A stretch of 64,000 bases of DNA from assembly GCA_963693365.1 (NCBI GenBank), contig CAVNZM010000007.1, positions 5,763,962 to 5,827,961 of the forward strand, written 5' to 3'. The position numbers and the translations under genes are program-made. Source of the stretch: Amoebidium appalachense (lineage: Eukaryota; Protista; Ichthyosporea). A model generated the notes under the pieces. The model searched no databases. It saw only the letters and a list, made by a program, of their open reading frames with translations, and was not told the DNA's origin. Position 1 is the first letter of the stretch; each line of letters starts with the position of its first letter. This document shows, in pieces, positions 38,553 through 56,466 of this stretch.

Positions 38553-39980
38553 GCTCCTTCCCTCGCCCCCCCCCCCATACCCTCCCTTTCTCCCTTTTCC
38601 AAGCAGGCCCAAACGGCTTAACTATGCTATCATTCACCTATTTTGGACCCCTTGGCTCTCACACACCCGTGCCACCCCGGTATACCGATCATCACGTGTG
38701 CTTTCCCTTTACTCACCTCACTGTCCAATATGCAGACTCTGCTTGCCCACGGCTCTGAGCAGCTCAAGGACAATTATCTCCCTAAACTTATCTCTGGTGA
38801 GAACACCGGCACCATGTGCCTGACGGAGCCCCAGGTATGCTCCTAGCCACCACAACAGCCCCTCCCCATCCTCTCTCTTTCTTTCTCGTTCTCTCTCTCT
38901 CTCTCTCTCCCCCCCCCCCCCCCCCCCCCCCCCCCGCCTGCCCGCTTTTCCCCCCTTTTCCAAACACTATTCTTGTTCCCTCCTTCTCTCCCCTCCCCTC
39001 CCCCCCCCCCCCCCCCCCCCCCCACTCCACCCCACCCCACCCCATCCGCCCCTCTCCCCCTACCCCTCGTCTGTTGGTGTCATCCCCCCCCCCTTACCCC
39101 CCTCTCAAAGCTCACCTCCATTCTCGTCTTGTTGTCGATGTTTTCTATTGCTATCCATCCAGCTGGGAACAGCTGGGTTTATGTTTCTTATATGAGGGCA
39201 GGAGGAAGAAGGGGGGACAGAGATCATCGTGGAAGGAGGGGAACATTGAGGAACTGCAGCACTGTGAAATTGGTCAATGAGAGGTGGTTGAGTGCCCTCC
39301 CCCCCCCCCCACCCCCCCCTTCCCCTCCCTCCGTACTCTGCACTACTTACGGCAGCGAATGATGCAGGTCTTCATGCACGATCAATTGCCAAATTCTCTC
39401 TCCCCCCCCCCCCCCCCCCCCCCCCCCCCATCGTGCTCTTTGGCGCAGAAAAGCTAACAAACTCGTTTGAAATGCAGTGCGGGTCTGATCTTGCACAGGT
39501 CAAGACCAAGGCAGTGCCCCAGAGTGATGGGACCTACCGCATCACGGGCACAAAGATCTTCATCTCGTGCGGAGAGCACGATCTGACGGACAATATCATG
39601 CACTGCGTGCTGGCCCGCCTGCCCGGAGCTCCCCCAGGTATGTGTTTAGCTGTCCAGTGGTGCCTGTTGACACAGGGCATGGGTTCAATGGGTTCGACGT
39701 TCAGGCGGTCTGTGGAACGTATTCTAAGACCTATTCCATACCGGCACGCATCTCTACAAACCTCTCCCTCCTCACCCTAATCTTCCTCCCCCCTTTACCC
39801 CTCCCGATAATCAATTACCCTCTTTTCCCTCCCCCTTCTCCCCAACCTCCCACCCTCCCACCCTCCCCCTCCCTCTTCCCCAATAACTGCTCGGCAATCT
39901 GCATTGTCATGCCTGTGTTTTGATGTGTACTCATATCATGTGACACATTCTACCACCCCTCTCCCCTCCCCCTTCCCAAA

Positions 39981-40044
<64 letters not shown>

Positions 40045-41502
40045 CACCAAGGGCATCTCGCTCTTCCTGGTGCCCAAGCGCCTGGTCGACAACTCGGGTA
40101 ATGTTGGGGAGCTCAACCACTGCAACATTGGGCGCATCGAGGACAAGATGGGCTGCCACGGGTCCCCCACGTGCGAGATCAACTTTGAGGACTCTGTGGG
40201 CTATCTGATTGGCGAGCCAAACAGGGGTCTCAACCACATGTTCACTTTCATCAACACCTCCCGCCTTGGCACGGCTATCCAGGTATACGGCCGTTGGGGG
40301 GAGGCGGATGGGGGGCAAATGGATGGTTGAAGTTGGGTCGGGAGGGGACGGGGGAAGGGGTAGAGGGGGGATAACAAGTTGCTTTTAGGAGGATACTCAG
40401 CAGCGGGGGGGGGGGGGGGGGGAGGGGGGGGGGGTTGCTGGGGAGAGGACAGAGAGGGATGTGGGGAGGGAGAAAGGCTACACATCCCCTGTCTCAGTTC
40501 AAAAGAAAAGAGAGAGAGGGGGGGGGGGGGGGGGGGGGATGCATGTCCTGGAAGCAGCGGCAGCAAAGTAAGAAGATTTTGCAGTTTAAAAAAGGATAGG
40601 TGGAACATGGAAGTAACACTTTCAGAGAGATTGTGTGTGCTTTGGCAAGTGTTTTTTCTGGGGGGAGAGGGTGGGGGGGGGGGGGGGGGGGGGATTAGCT
40701 TGTCTGTGTGGTGGGTGGGTAGTTGTCCGGGGGGCGGGGGGTTGGGGGGGGGGGGGTTGGGGTTGGGGGGGGGGGGGGGAGGGGGGACAAGGTGGTATGT
40801 GGGATTATCAATTCAATTTCCATATCTCCATCAAATTTGTGGGATTTAGTGAGTGGGCTAGGCAGTCACCGGGGGGGGGGAGAAGGGGAGGGGGGGGGGG
40901 GGGGGGGATGTTTGTGTTTCTAGTGGATGTGTGTGTGGGGGGGGGGGGGGGGGGGGGGAGGGGGGAGGAGGGGGTTAGAGAGAGTGAGCGAGAGGGACAT
41001 TTACACGCCTGGAAGTAGGGGGGGGGGGGGGGTTGTCTATATGGGACGTGTAAGGTGGTTGGGGTGGGGTCCAGAGTCAGAGAAATTAGAAAGGGTCGGA
41101 AAGGATGAAGGTGTGGGGGGAGGGGCTTTTACCCTTTCTGTCGAGAATTTCTCTGCCCTGGGGTGGCGCGGGGGGAGGGGGGGGAGGGGGGAGGGGGGTA
41201 GTGTGGATCGGGGGGGGGGGGGGGGGAGTGTGGAGAGGGGGGGGGGAGGAGGGGATTTCTGCTTCCCGTCGAGTATTGTCTCCCTGGTGGCTCACCCAAT
41301 TTGACACAGGGTGTTGCTGCTGCGGAACTTTCGTTCCAGAATGCGCTGGCATACGCAAAGGAGCGCCTGGCCATGCGTTCTCTCACGGGTTGGTCCTCCC
41401 CCCCCCCCCCCCCCCCCCCCCCTCCCTCCCCTCCCCAACACCGCCTCCCACCTTTGTTGCACCCCACCCACCCTTAGATAGAAAAGGCACACTCACGCTC
41501 CC

Positions 41503-41553
<51 letters not shown>

Positions 41554-43913
41554 AGGATGTGCTTTGTTTGACATGAAGTATCTGTTTTCCTTCCAGAATC
41601 TGCATGGTGTTGTCCAAAATGATTGTGCACTTCGCACTCTGTATACAACACATCAAAATCCTTCCCCCCGCGCAACCTAGCCCAACCCAGCCCGCCCCAC
41701 CCACCCACTCACCCCTTGTTTCGATATACCCCCTTACTCACTCCACCTTCTCCCCTTTCAGGCACCAAGTGTCCGGACAAGCCAGCCGACCCCCTTATTG
41801 TGCACCCAGACATCCGCCGCATGCTTCTTACCCAGAAGGCCATTGCCGAGGGCGGCAGGGCCATGCTCTACCACTGCGCTAAGCTTGCAGACGTCGGAAA
41901 CGCAGCAGAGCAGAAGGGGGACAAGAAGACTGCTGATAAGATCGAGGACAGGCTCGGTTTCCTCACACCCATCCTGAAGGGGTTCCTGACGGAGAGCGGA
42001 TTGGAGGCGGCTAACCTAGGCATTCAGGTGGGTGTGTTGGAAAAGAGGGGGATGGGGGGGGGATGGGGTGTTTTTTTTTTTGTTTTTTTTTGGGGGGGGG
42101 GGGGAGATGGGGTTGTCGGGGGGAGGGGGAAGGGGGGGGGGGGGGGGGGGGGGGGCTGTGGGGGGAAGAGGTGGTCACATGTTATGCATGTGTGTGTGTG
42201 TGTGTGTGTGTGTGTTGTGTTTCACCTCATTCAGGGACGCACACAATGCCCGTCCCTTTCAACGTGTATTGTGGGTATTTTTATGGGGCCCCAGGTGAAC
42301 AAAAGAGGGGGGAGGGTGGAGGGGGCATACCACGCTGAGGAGGGATGGGGGTTTGGCGGCGTATATCATTATCAGACACACGTGCTAACACCATGCTGCA
42401 TGGACGAGCAGGTGTGGGGAGGGCACGGGTACATCAAGCAGAACCTGATGGAGCAGATAGTGCGTGACGTGCGCATTGCCCCCGTGTGGGAGGGCACCAC
42501 GGGCATCCAGGCATTGGACCTGCTGGGCAGAAAGCTGATGCTGCAGAAGTTTAAGCCCCTGAGCGAGTTCATCAGCGAGATCAACGGGTATGGACGTATA
42601 ACAAGCAGCACATGCACATGTGCACATGTGCACACAAACAGACACGTACACGTACAGACATGCACACACGCGTACACGTAGAGATATACACACAATACCC
42701 TTGCCCAGGCATTCTTTTTGCACACCTGCCTCCCCCCCCCCCCCCCCCCCCCCCCCCTTCCCCTTCCAGAAAGAGAGAAAGAGAGAGAGCCCAAGCGGAA
42801 CAAAGAACAACAACTTTCACAACCATCAGCACCATAAGCTTTCCTTTCGAATGGGTCAAGGCAACATTAACCTACATTTCATTCTGTTTTTATTGTGTCT
42901 TATTGTTGTCTCCCCCCCGCCCCCCCCTCCTCCCCCTCCCCCCAACCACTGCCACACACACACACACACAACATACAAATACATACGACACACTAACCAC
43001 CACCACACAATTGCACACACAAACACACCTGCTGACCTAAACCAACCCCTTTCCCTTTTCCATCCTTTTCCCTTTTTTGTCCCCCATCTTTCTTTCTATA
43101 CAGGCACTGCTGGAAGAACATTACCAACTCGGACACACGCCGCTATGCCATCCCCCTGCTCAAGCACACTACCCAGTGGCGCTATCTGACGATGAAGATT
43201 GCCGTGGGTGCGTCCAAGAACAGGGACTGGGTCGGGTCTACGTCCGTAGACTACCTCATGTACTCGGGATACGTCACTATGGGTTACTTCTGGATGCGCA
43301 TGGCTCAGGTAATGTGAATGTTTGTTTTTTTTTGTTTGTTTTTTTGTTTGTTTTTTTTTTTTGGGGGGGGGGGGGGGGGGGATATTGATAATGATGACAT
43401 CATCATAGTGGAAGTATTGTTTTATCAAAATGAGAACGGGGTGAAATGTGAGGACGTATGAGAGCACGTATGAGTGTGTGTGTGTGCGTTGTGTATGTGT
43501 GTCACTTGTGTGTGTGTGTTTGTGTGTTCAAAATGACGAAAAATTAAGTTCAAAATTATGAGTACAAGTTAATTTTTCGTCATTTTGAACACATGCACAC
43601 ACACACACACAAACACACACACACATACTAAGAACCAGGTTAGATAACATAAAGGGGGGGGGGGGCAACGGAATACGAGTCATCCTCATTTCATTCTCGC
43701 TCACCTCTACACACATGCATCCTACAGGTTGCGCAGCAGCAGCTTCGGGCCAACCCCAATGGCCCCGATGCGGACTTCTACCAGGCCAAGATTCACTTGG
43801 CCAACTTCTACTTCGACCGCATGCTGCCACGCACTGACTCACTGGCTACCCTGCTCAAGGTGCCCCCTACAGCCGTCATGGCTATCCCAGAGCACCAGAT
43901 GGCCGTCTATTAA
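37599..43913 (+). CDS. Acyl-CoA dehydrogenase, long (FadE5/DmdC-like) family, mitochondrial presequence, 10 exons
   Basis: Arg/Ser/Ala-rich presequence MLTAAASARRSF.., followed by FQAPIRDMRFLMDEV, GGWQGL..PEKYGGQGLP, GTMCLTEPQCGSDL, ITGTKIFISCGEHDLTDNI..VLARLPGAPPGTKGISLFLVPK, IEDKMGCHGSPTC, IVHPDIRRML, LTPILKGF, QVWGGHGYI and WEGTTGIQALDL. The C-terminal exon contains A.FYFDRMLP; TAA is at 43911-43913. Confidence 0.95.
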
Positions 43914-44589
43914 TAGTTGCATCTAGTATTGTGCGGCCTATAAATAGCCTGGTGATGTGATGGTGGGTGGATCTATGTATCCCACCTGTTAGTATCTTCA
44001 TCTGCATACTCCTTTTATGTGTTCGTTTGCGTTCACGGGCGAGGATGCCAACACAATTGATACTTTTTCCGAGAGCACTTTTTATCCCATAATATTTCGA
44101 TTGATTTTACACATTTGATTATATATGCAACACTTTTTGTGATAAGGGGATAAAGAGAACAGAGTTGAATTGAGTAAATGTATTTGGTTACATAGGAGAA
44201 GTTGAAGGTGGCAAGGAGAAATGTTACTCTTATCTGGTGGTGGGCTTTGCATGTGCACACGAGAGTACACACACCCACCCAGCCCCCCTGACATATACAT
44301 GAGCATGTATGTATGTGACGTTGTAGTATGCCGAAGGATGTATTGTGCCTCTGTGAGTGCTCTAATCTGGCATGATGTTATATGCTACTGTGTGGCAATC
44401 TGGCTTGGCACCGGAGTTAGCAACTTGAATGCATGGAGACTTTTGTCAGTCTGTTGCGAGTGTAATATGGGGCACAGCCTTCACATGGGTGTAATTATGA
44501 TACCATTTCGGTGTTACTGTATTCCGAATGTTCCCCTAACTATTTCAATACTGGCAATTTCTTGTTCATTTCATCACCAAACATCCCCC

Positions 44590-44596
44590 ATCCTCC

Positions 44597-44652
<56 letters not shown>

Positions 44653-45271
44653 ACACACACGTACACACACTCCTGCACCTACACATAAATACGTACCACG
44701 TTGCACAACCACGCAAACCATGATGGGCATTACATATCCCTGCATGTGAACCCAGTGAGTTGGCATAGAGAACGTATGAGCCAGGCTCATGACTGGCACA
44801 GTGTCATCGTGTCAGTAAAATGTGGCTCTGTGTCCTTCCCATACCGTGTCTTACCAACTCATAGTACTCTCTCTTTCCCAACCAGGGCCCTCCCTCTCAG
44901 TCTTTCTCTCTCTGTCTGTCTGCCTCCCTTTCGAAGCTTTCCCCCCCCCCCCCCCCCCACCCCCACCCCCCATCACCACCACCACCAACACCCCACCCCA
45001 CCCTGCCTCCCCGCCCCTTCCCACTCTCCCCTCCTTTCATGCTTGAGACCTCCCCTTCACCCTCTCTCCCTGCCCTCTCTTTCTGCCTCTCTGTCTCCCC
45101 TTCCCCTCCCCGCCCCCCCCCCCCCCCCCCTCCCCCTCCCCCCCCCCCCCCCCTCCCCCCCGTCCCTCTCTACAGCTCAGCCCCCCTCCCCCCCCCCCCC
45201 CCCTCCCCCCACGCACCAACCCACCCACCCACCCACCCGGCCCATCTCTGTCTCTCCTTCTTGCGCTTTCG

Positions 45272-45324
<53 letters not shown>

Positions 45325-46469
45325 CCCCCCCCCCCCCCCCCCCCTTCCCCTCCGGCCTCCTGTCTGCCTGCCCACCACATTCACACGCTTACTAGTGCAG
45401 TCTTCCACTCTATGCTATTGACGCCTGTCGCCTCGAGACCCTCCTTCTCCATTATCACCCGCTCTTTTTCTCCTACCAAGACTAATCTTCTCCGCATAAA
45501 TTTGCTGTCTCTCCCGTTCCCCTTCGTTACTCTCAATCCATTAATTCTTTGCTGTTGATGTCGTTGAAATTTTTGGTCATGAAACAACTGTTTTGGTTTC
45601 TGTCTACTTTCGTGACTATGCATATGTGGTTGCATGCATGTTACCTCTCCTCCCCCCTCTCCCTCTCCCCCCCCCCCCCCCCCCCCTCCCCCCTCTCCTC
45701 CCTCCCCCCCCTCCCTTTCTCCCCTCCCCCCCCCCCTCGCCGGGGCCACGTACACACCACAAACATAAGAGATTTCGTCATTGTCCCTTTTGCCTTCTAA
45801 AAGGTACGAGACTACAAAATACGGTTGAAACTCATCCTCTCAATCTCCCCTCCCCTCCGCTGTATCGTTGAACGCCCTTCCCCCCTCTCCCGCCTCGATC
45901 CCTCTCCTCCCCTCTCCCCCCCTCTCCTCCAATTAACCCCCTCCCCTCCTCCCCACCAGCGCGCGCAGGGCCTCGCCCCCACCCATCCACCCATGATACA
46001 CGCCACACGCATCCCTCCTCGCGCGAGCGCGCAACCACATACACATACACACAGACACCGCGACACACATACACACAACCACACACATACACACGCACGC
46101 CACCACGGCAATGGTGGGACGGGGGGAGGGGAGGGGAGGGGGGGGGGGGGGGGGGGGGGGGGGGATACCTGTGAGCAACACTGGCTATGAAGGTCACGTG
46201 ATGTGCGCGTGTGCCGAGTGTGTTTGGGTAAATGTCCGAGTGCAGTGGTAATAATTGCATACGTGCCGGTGTGCACGTGTTTTATAATTCGTGCACATGT
46301 GTGTGTATATGTCGGTGAATGTGTGCAAGCGCGTTTGTGTGTATATATGTCGGTGAATGTGTGCAAGCGCGTTTTAAGTGTTAACTTTGTGTTTTTCATT
46401 GCGCATAAAGTGTATCAGTTGTGCTGTTTGATTGCAGGTATGTGTGTGTGTGTGTGCGCGCGCGTGCGC

Positions 46470-46553
<84 letters not shown>

Positions 46554-46645
46554 CACTTTCCCAGCTTACTAAATGATTGCCTGTGTTTGTGCTTGCATCC
46601 TTGCAAACGAGTGCCCTTGGTGTGTGTGTGTGTGTGTGTGTCACG

Positions 46646-46678
<33 letters not shown>

Positions 46679-47305
46679 AGTGTGTATGTGTGCATGTGTG
46701 CACATGACATTGTGTGTGTGTGTGTGCACCTGTGTGTGTCTGTTTGTGTGTGTGTGTGTGTGTATGAGTTTGTGTGTGTGTGTGTGCCATGCGGTTATAT
46801 ATGACGGGGATCATGTGTATGCCCTTGCGGACTCGGGGAGGGGAGGGGGTGGGGGGGGGGTCTGGGGGGGTCTGTGTAACACATGCCTTGCCAAGTGTTG
46901 CCTTTGTGTGTGGGAGGGTATGTGTGTGTGTGAGTGTGTGTGTGGGGGGAGGGGGGCGGACGGAGAGGGGGGGGAGGGGGGGGGGGGGGGGGAAGGGGGC
47001 ATGGGTTTCGTGTGGGTGGGTGGCGCTTTTTGGTGGTGTGTGTGTGGGGGAGGGGGGAGGGGGGGGGGGAGGGCGGGGAGAGGGGGGAGGAGGAGGCAAG
47101 ATGTGTGTGTGTGTGCACTTGGGTGCACGGATGTGGAGGGTTTAGTAGTGAGATGTGGTTGTGGGTGTGGTGATGGCAGATGGGTGGGTGGTGTCTTTTA
47201 GTAATAGTGGTGATGGTGGCATGCGCCCCATATGTGTGTGTGTACGTGTAGGTGGGTGGGCGGATGGGGGGTGGTGGCGATGGTGGTTGTAAGCCCCGGG
47301 GGGGG

Positions 47306-47339
<34 letters not shown>

Positions 47340-47400
47340 GAAGGGGGTAGGGGGTGAGGGGAGAGGTCTGTTGTGTGTTGCTGTGTGTGTGTATGTGTCG
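44590..47400. repeat. Intergenic block of compound microsatellites and poly-C/poly-G tracts
   Basis: Dense (CA)n, (CT)n, (CG)n and homopolymer runs; no recognisable exon. Confidence 0.85.
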
Positions 47401-47890
47401 TGCATGCACCAGCTGCAGGAATATCATCATAAAATCGACTGTTTACTGCTCTGAAAATCGATTAATCGAAGGAGATTTCGATACATCTCTTCTGGGCAAC
47501 AACCCTGTGGCGCTCCTGCTTCTATCATTTCACGTTACTACCCTTACCCTCCCTATTGGTTTCCGGTTTCAAAAGTCACGGACTACACTAATATACATCA
47601 TCATCAGTGTGCGATACATAGCTCTACTGCAAGGTATTTTCGTGCAATTTAAACAAATATTGCAAGAATCATTCAAGGCTTTAGGACAACAACAAGAATT
47701 CGGAATATGTTTTCAGCATGGTAGACTAAGTATTTTATTTTCGCTCGCCAGGTGACCAGGCATTGACTGGCGAACCATTCTTGGCTACCGTGAGTGTTTT
47801 TGTCGTTTGGTTGCCAGATTATATTTGCTATATTTCTCGTGCATGTATAGATCTCCAGTAAATTCACTTACATAAAAACAAAAATACTAT

Positions 47891-51118
<3,228 letters not shown>

Positions 51119-53838
51119 TTGGTCCGCCAAGAGAAAGGCGGGAAAAACGACAGATGTATGAATGTGTGTTCTTCACGGACAAGTGACATGAAAAATCTTC
51201 CAAATCCAAAGCTAATACTCGAACCAAAAAAAAAAAAAAGACAAGAGAAAAAAGGCCGGAAAAAAGGACGTGTGTGTAATATCGACAAATTTTATACCCG
51301 TGGGACATCGACATGCGAGCAGAAAAGCTGTGCCTCATCTGGACGCTAATCTGAACGGTGAGGATAGAAACGGGAAACTTAGGCGAACTGTGTTTCTGTT
51401 CAGGCTGCGTGGGTGAGGTCGAATGTGTGGAACTGAAACTGCGGCATCGCCTTTTTATGTGGCGGCGTGGCAACATTAGAGGGGGGGCAAACGGAAATCC
51501 GGGCCTGATGATTGGCGGAAATCTGTAAATTCAAAGGCCGCTCAATGGCGACGTGACTTTACCCGGGCATGCATGCCTGTCTCCTCCTGACATCAATGGC
51601 TCCCTCATTTGGTTATTCCTCACATTCCTCTCTGCTCATAATTCAACCTGATGCGGAAAGGCTAATACCACCAGGGCTCTTCGTAAATATATGTATGCGA
51701 TGCGTGGCAATGGCCTATAAGCGGTAAGTCTTCCCCAGGTTCTGTTTCCTTGTATGAAATTACTTTTCGTGAGACCCCACACCGAGATTTTCGGGCCTTT
51801 CCGCAGTCATCAAGGGGACTGAAGTGTGCCTGACCAGTCCTGTTTTCTACGGCCAGTCAAATCGAGGCACGCCTAGATTAGTGAGGGCGGCAAACGCACA
51901 TACCCACAGCATTTAGAAAACCTCATAAGTATCGAAACGAACATCTTTTTTGGTAGCTCATTGTAAAGTACTTTTTTCAAAGCTGTGGCGATTATATGAT
52001 AAAGCCTAAAATGACAAGCTTTTATCACACTTTTAGTGTTCTTAATACTTTTTTGTGCCCCAAAACAAACGGGTAATTTGCACTAGTCTGGCTCGTAAGA
52101 TTGTGGTCATTCCATTCAGATGTGATGGTAAGCCACCCAGATATCGTTTCATCATCATATATCTCTACAAGTAGTCTCACCAAATAAAAAAATGCTGTCC
52201 GGAACTTACATACATCCCTTCTAAAAACAGCTCGACATGCATATATATGAACTATGAGGTATTCTTCCGTTGCTGACCACATACAATGTATACCGTGAAG
52301 TGCCGTCCCTCAAACAGATCGTTGCTATGATTGAAAGGTCCTGTCGATTTCCTTGCGTGATTGACAGCCAATTGATATTGCTCCCCGCATGAGAAACTGA
52401 AAATGTTGAACAGGCGAGCCTCTGACTGAGTCGGGACTCATGATTTTGTGATCTCAAGATCTGTACACTTCAAGGCTTGTATGCCGAATGCGTCGTGATA
52501 ATGGTTTTTAATTTCCATTTTCGTGAAGAATCAATTAAAAGTTCCATGTAGTTTTACGTTCACAATCCGTGTACAAAATACAAAACACCTTATGTGATGT
52601 CGATGGAATGCGCTCTTGAGCATTTTAGAAAGCGATGATTGGGCAACACACAAGAAGGTGCCTTTTGGTATTGTGCCACATACCACGCAGAACCTGATTG
52701 GTCGATTTATTGACTTAGGTGCTGTGGTGACGTCACAAAACCTCAATACCATTTTAATATTAGTGGTCATTCTCATAGCTATTAGCTTAGTATAGGGCAT
52801 CTCATGTGCACGTTTATTTTGGTCTAATACATGCACTGAAATACAGCTAACATCAGAAAATTAAACACTTAGGTATAAAGAACATTATTTCTTTAAACTT
52901 CTCTTGTCTTACTATGCTGGCGACAGCGGGTTTGCAGAGAGTACTTGTGCCAACACTTGCAGCCAAAGTTAGCTCACGCACCGTTGACCGCGGTGCGCCT
53001 GGCGCCATGGCCGGCCGGGCACCGCCAATCAGGGTGTGAAATTAGGTGTGTGGTGCACTGGGCCTGGTGTAGCGGCCCACTGTACGTACATGTCGGCACG
53101 TGGTGGGCATAGGCATACATCAGCCTGTTCTGCGATACTGAATTGCTACATATTCAACTATAGAGACACAGACTGTCCTAAAAAGGTGTTTGGAAAGTTT
53201 GCTGGTTTTTTTGTGAAAGGACCTTAGGCGTGCATTCTGGCATCATCCGGGCATCGGACGATGCTAAACTACGGTGTCACAAAAGTAAAACGAGCAGGCT
53301 ACCACGGTGCGATGATATCGATTGGTATGCTGAAACAGCCAAAGGGCTCTGCCTCTCAACAGGCGCCATTCCAGGGCCTTAAGATAAAAGAACATGCCTT
53401 GCGTTCCTTTGCAAATTGCGTTGTATCTACGAGGCTTTGAACTGAGGTCGTGTCACGTTCAAGATGATGCTGGTGCTTGCCAGGCAGGGCTGGCCCAGGG
53501 GCGTGGCTGCCCAAAAACAAGTGGTGCCGCGTGAGTCTTGACTCCGATGCTCATTATGAAGAGTCCGGTTGACTGTCCGGACCCTGGGCATGTCGACAGT
53601 GCAATAACAGTAAGTGCTCGGAGTCAGAACACTAAATTCACCAGTGGATGTTCTGCAGCTTATAAGGCCGTTTGTTAGGTCCCGTGCACTAGTTCTCATG
53701 TGGCTAGCTGGGTCATGTGCATGTTAGTTAGTTAGAGTCCAGCTGCAGACGGCCATGGTGTACACATGGCCATCATATGGCCATGCATATGGGTGATGGG
53801 GCAATGCAGTCATGACACACACACACACACACAAACAT

Positions 53839-53916
<78 letters not shown>

Positions 53917-53977
53917 GCGCGTACACACGCACACGCACACGCATACGCGCGCACACACACATGGACACACATTGTGG

Positions 53978-54010
<33 letters not shown>

Positions 54011-54252
54011 TGTGGCGCGCGCGCACACACACACACCGTGACACGCACTGACAAACACACACATCCTCATTCACAAACCGTCACACATTATCAAAGTTTG
54101 GTGGTAGGGACTACGGGACACACACATGCCCACACAGTCGTGCACCCCGTGGCGCCTTACCACACCATGGCACCATCAGCGCGCGTGCGCGCACGTGCCA
54201 CAGACACACACATGCAAAAAAAAGGTGTGTGTACATGTGTGTGTGTGTGTGC

Positions 54253-54293
<41 letters not shown>

Positions 54294-54539
54294 ACACACC
54301 GTGACGCCCGCACACGCAGACATTCACGCGCACACTCGCCGTGACTGTCACACGTGCACACACGTGCACACGTCTAAGTGCACTACACGCATTGGACACA
54401 CATCCTCATGAACTAAACACCACTACCCGTTGCTACTAGAATTCCTCATGCACAAGTCCCACATTCGAGTTACACAAAGAGAGCCCCTGACTGCCCCACA
54501 CACACACCAGGATGAAATTGTGCACACGCGCACACTCTT

Positions 54540-54574
<35 letters not shown>

Positions 54575-56100
54575 ACACACACACAGATTCACAGACACAC
54601 AGACACACACACACAGAGAGAAATAAAACACACAAGCACACAAACACACACATGCAAATACACACACAACATACACACACAGACACAGGCACACACTGAG
54701 ACGCACACGCGTACGCACGGAAATCAAACACACAAACACACAAACACACACACACAAATGCACACAATACACACACTGTTTGAGTTACTATGGGCTGCTA
54801 TTAGTAAACATAATGATGTCTACTGTGTTAGTAAGCGTTCCGGTCAGTAAATTTACTTGGAGCCGGTAAGGCATATATATCAGCTCTTGCCCATGCAGGT
54901 ATTTTTGGTTGAGCAAATTGGGGATTGGAATTGAACTCCGAGTAGGATTGGTGGATGCCTGTCGTAGAATACACATGGACGGTAGTGGTGGTGGTGTGTT
55001 TGAGTGTGTGTGTGTGTGTGGTGGCCATGGGGTTGGGTAGGGTGGGCGTGGGGTTGGGGGGATGGGGGCATTGGCGCAGGCACGGGAGGGCAATAGGTGG
55101 TTATCACCATAAAACTTGCAAATTTCAGCACAGCGTTGTCAGCATCCGGGAATTTTTTCGCCCAAGTGCAGGCTTTTGCACTGTAACAGTTAAAGGTCGG
55201 CAAAGTCATCATATGGTGTACATCAGAAAAAGTTTGCCCGAGCCCATGTGCTCGTCATATAAATGCTGTTTGCTGTACATAACGGGCTGTATATCATTAC
55301 GGTGGTAGAAATGCTAACTTAATGTGGCAGCAAAATGCAATAACGAGTGGTGCTAACCTTAGTTAGTTACACCTGGTATTGAAATACATATATGCTCTAA
55401 CGTTAACACACAGTGGATTTGGCCCACTCGTAAATTGTATATGTAAATCATGAGTGGACATAACACACCATGTGTGGCTTGACCGTTGTCAATTTTTTCT
55501 TTTATCTGAAATTCTGTCACATGCATTTTCTTTGATTTGAAATTCTGTGACGGTCACATGTATTACACGGTGCATTCGAAATAACGTCAAATCATGAACA
55601 TAGTGCCGTATAATACATTCAAAAATAATTCCAAGTCACATATTACGCATACAAATATATCTGCCACCTAGCTAGTGCTATAACGTTTGCCACAACATCA
55701 ACACATCAATATTAACCGTGACACGTACACTGCAGATTGTGCCATTGATGAGTATATATGACAATACATACATAGTACTGTAATTACCATTTTTACACTT
55801 TGCTTATTCGCTGTTGAAAAACGGTGAACATCCAGTCACCAACTTGAACCTTACAGAGTTACAGAGTTGTGCGCTTAAATCTGCCGCCGAATCCTGCACT
55901 CACCTACCACCATGTACACTGGCACACATGTACCCGCGCCGGTGCAGGATCACCCAGCCGACCGGTGCTGGCAGCCTGGCAGTTTCAAGTCCTGCGAGGA
56001 ATGTTTGGACACTATGCACTGAAGACTTGGATTGGTCAACCTTTGTCTCGATTAGATCTATTCGACTTATTTGCCAATCATCATGCGAAAATCGGGCAGG

Positions 56101-56466
56101 TGTATGAGTGAGATTGTCCCACAATCACACGCATATGAATTTGTACTTGGAGTCAGAGGCAGAGACCAGATCCGCCGAGACCCTGCCCGAGCCTCATGGC
56201 TCCCCCTATACTATGCCGCTGATTACGCTCATATATGGTAGCAGAGACAGCCCGACCGCCCTCTGATGGCCTAGCCGCTTTCCACTGCGCACTGCTATGA
56301 GCTCGGGGCGAGCTCACTCCCGCCGCCGAGATGTATGAGTGAGATTGTCCCACAATCACACGCATATGAATTTGTACTTGGAGTCAGAGGCAGAGACCAG
56401 ATCCGCCGAGACCCTGCCCGAGCCTCATGGCTCCCCCTATACTATGCCGCTGATTACGCTCATATA
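56101..56466 (+). repeat. 135-bp direct repeat (56101-56235 and 56332-56466) separated by 96 bp
   Basis: Both copies read TGTATGAGTGAGATTGTCCC...GATTACGCTCATATA with no difference I could see. Confidence 0.9.

Noticed and set aside
53000-56100. Short non-repetitive ORF-like patches (53427-53699, 54788-55308, 55814-56124) and a CAGGGTGTGAAA possible TIR at ~53030
   Set aside because: No identifiable homology by eye, and no matching inverted end was found.
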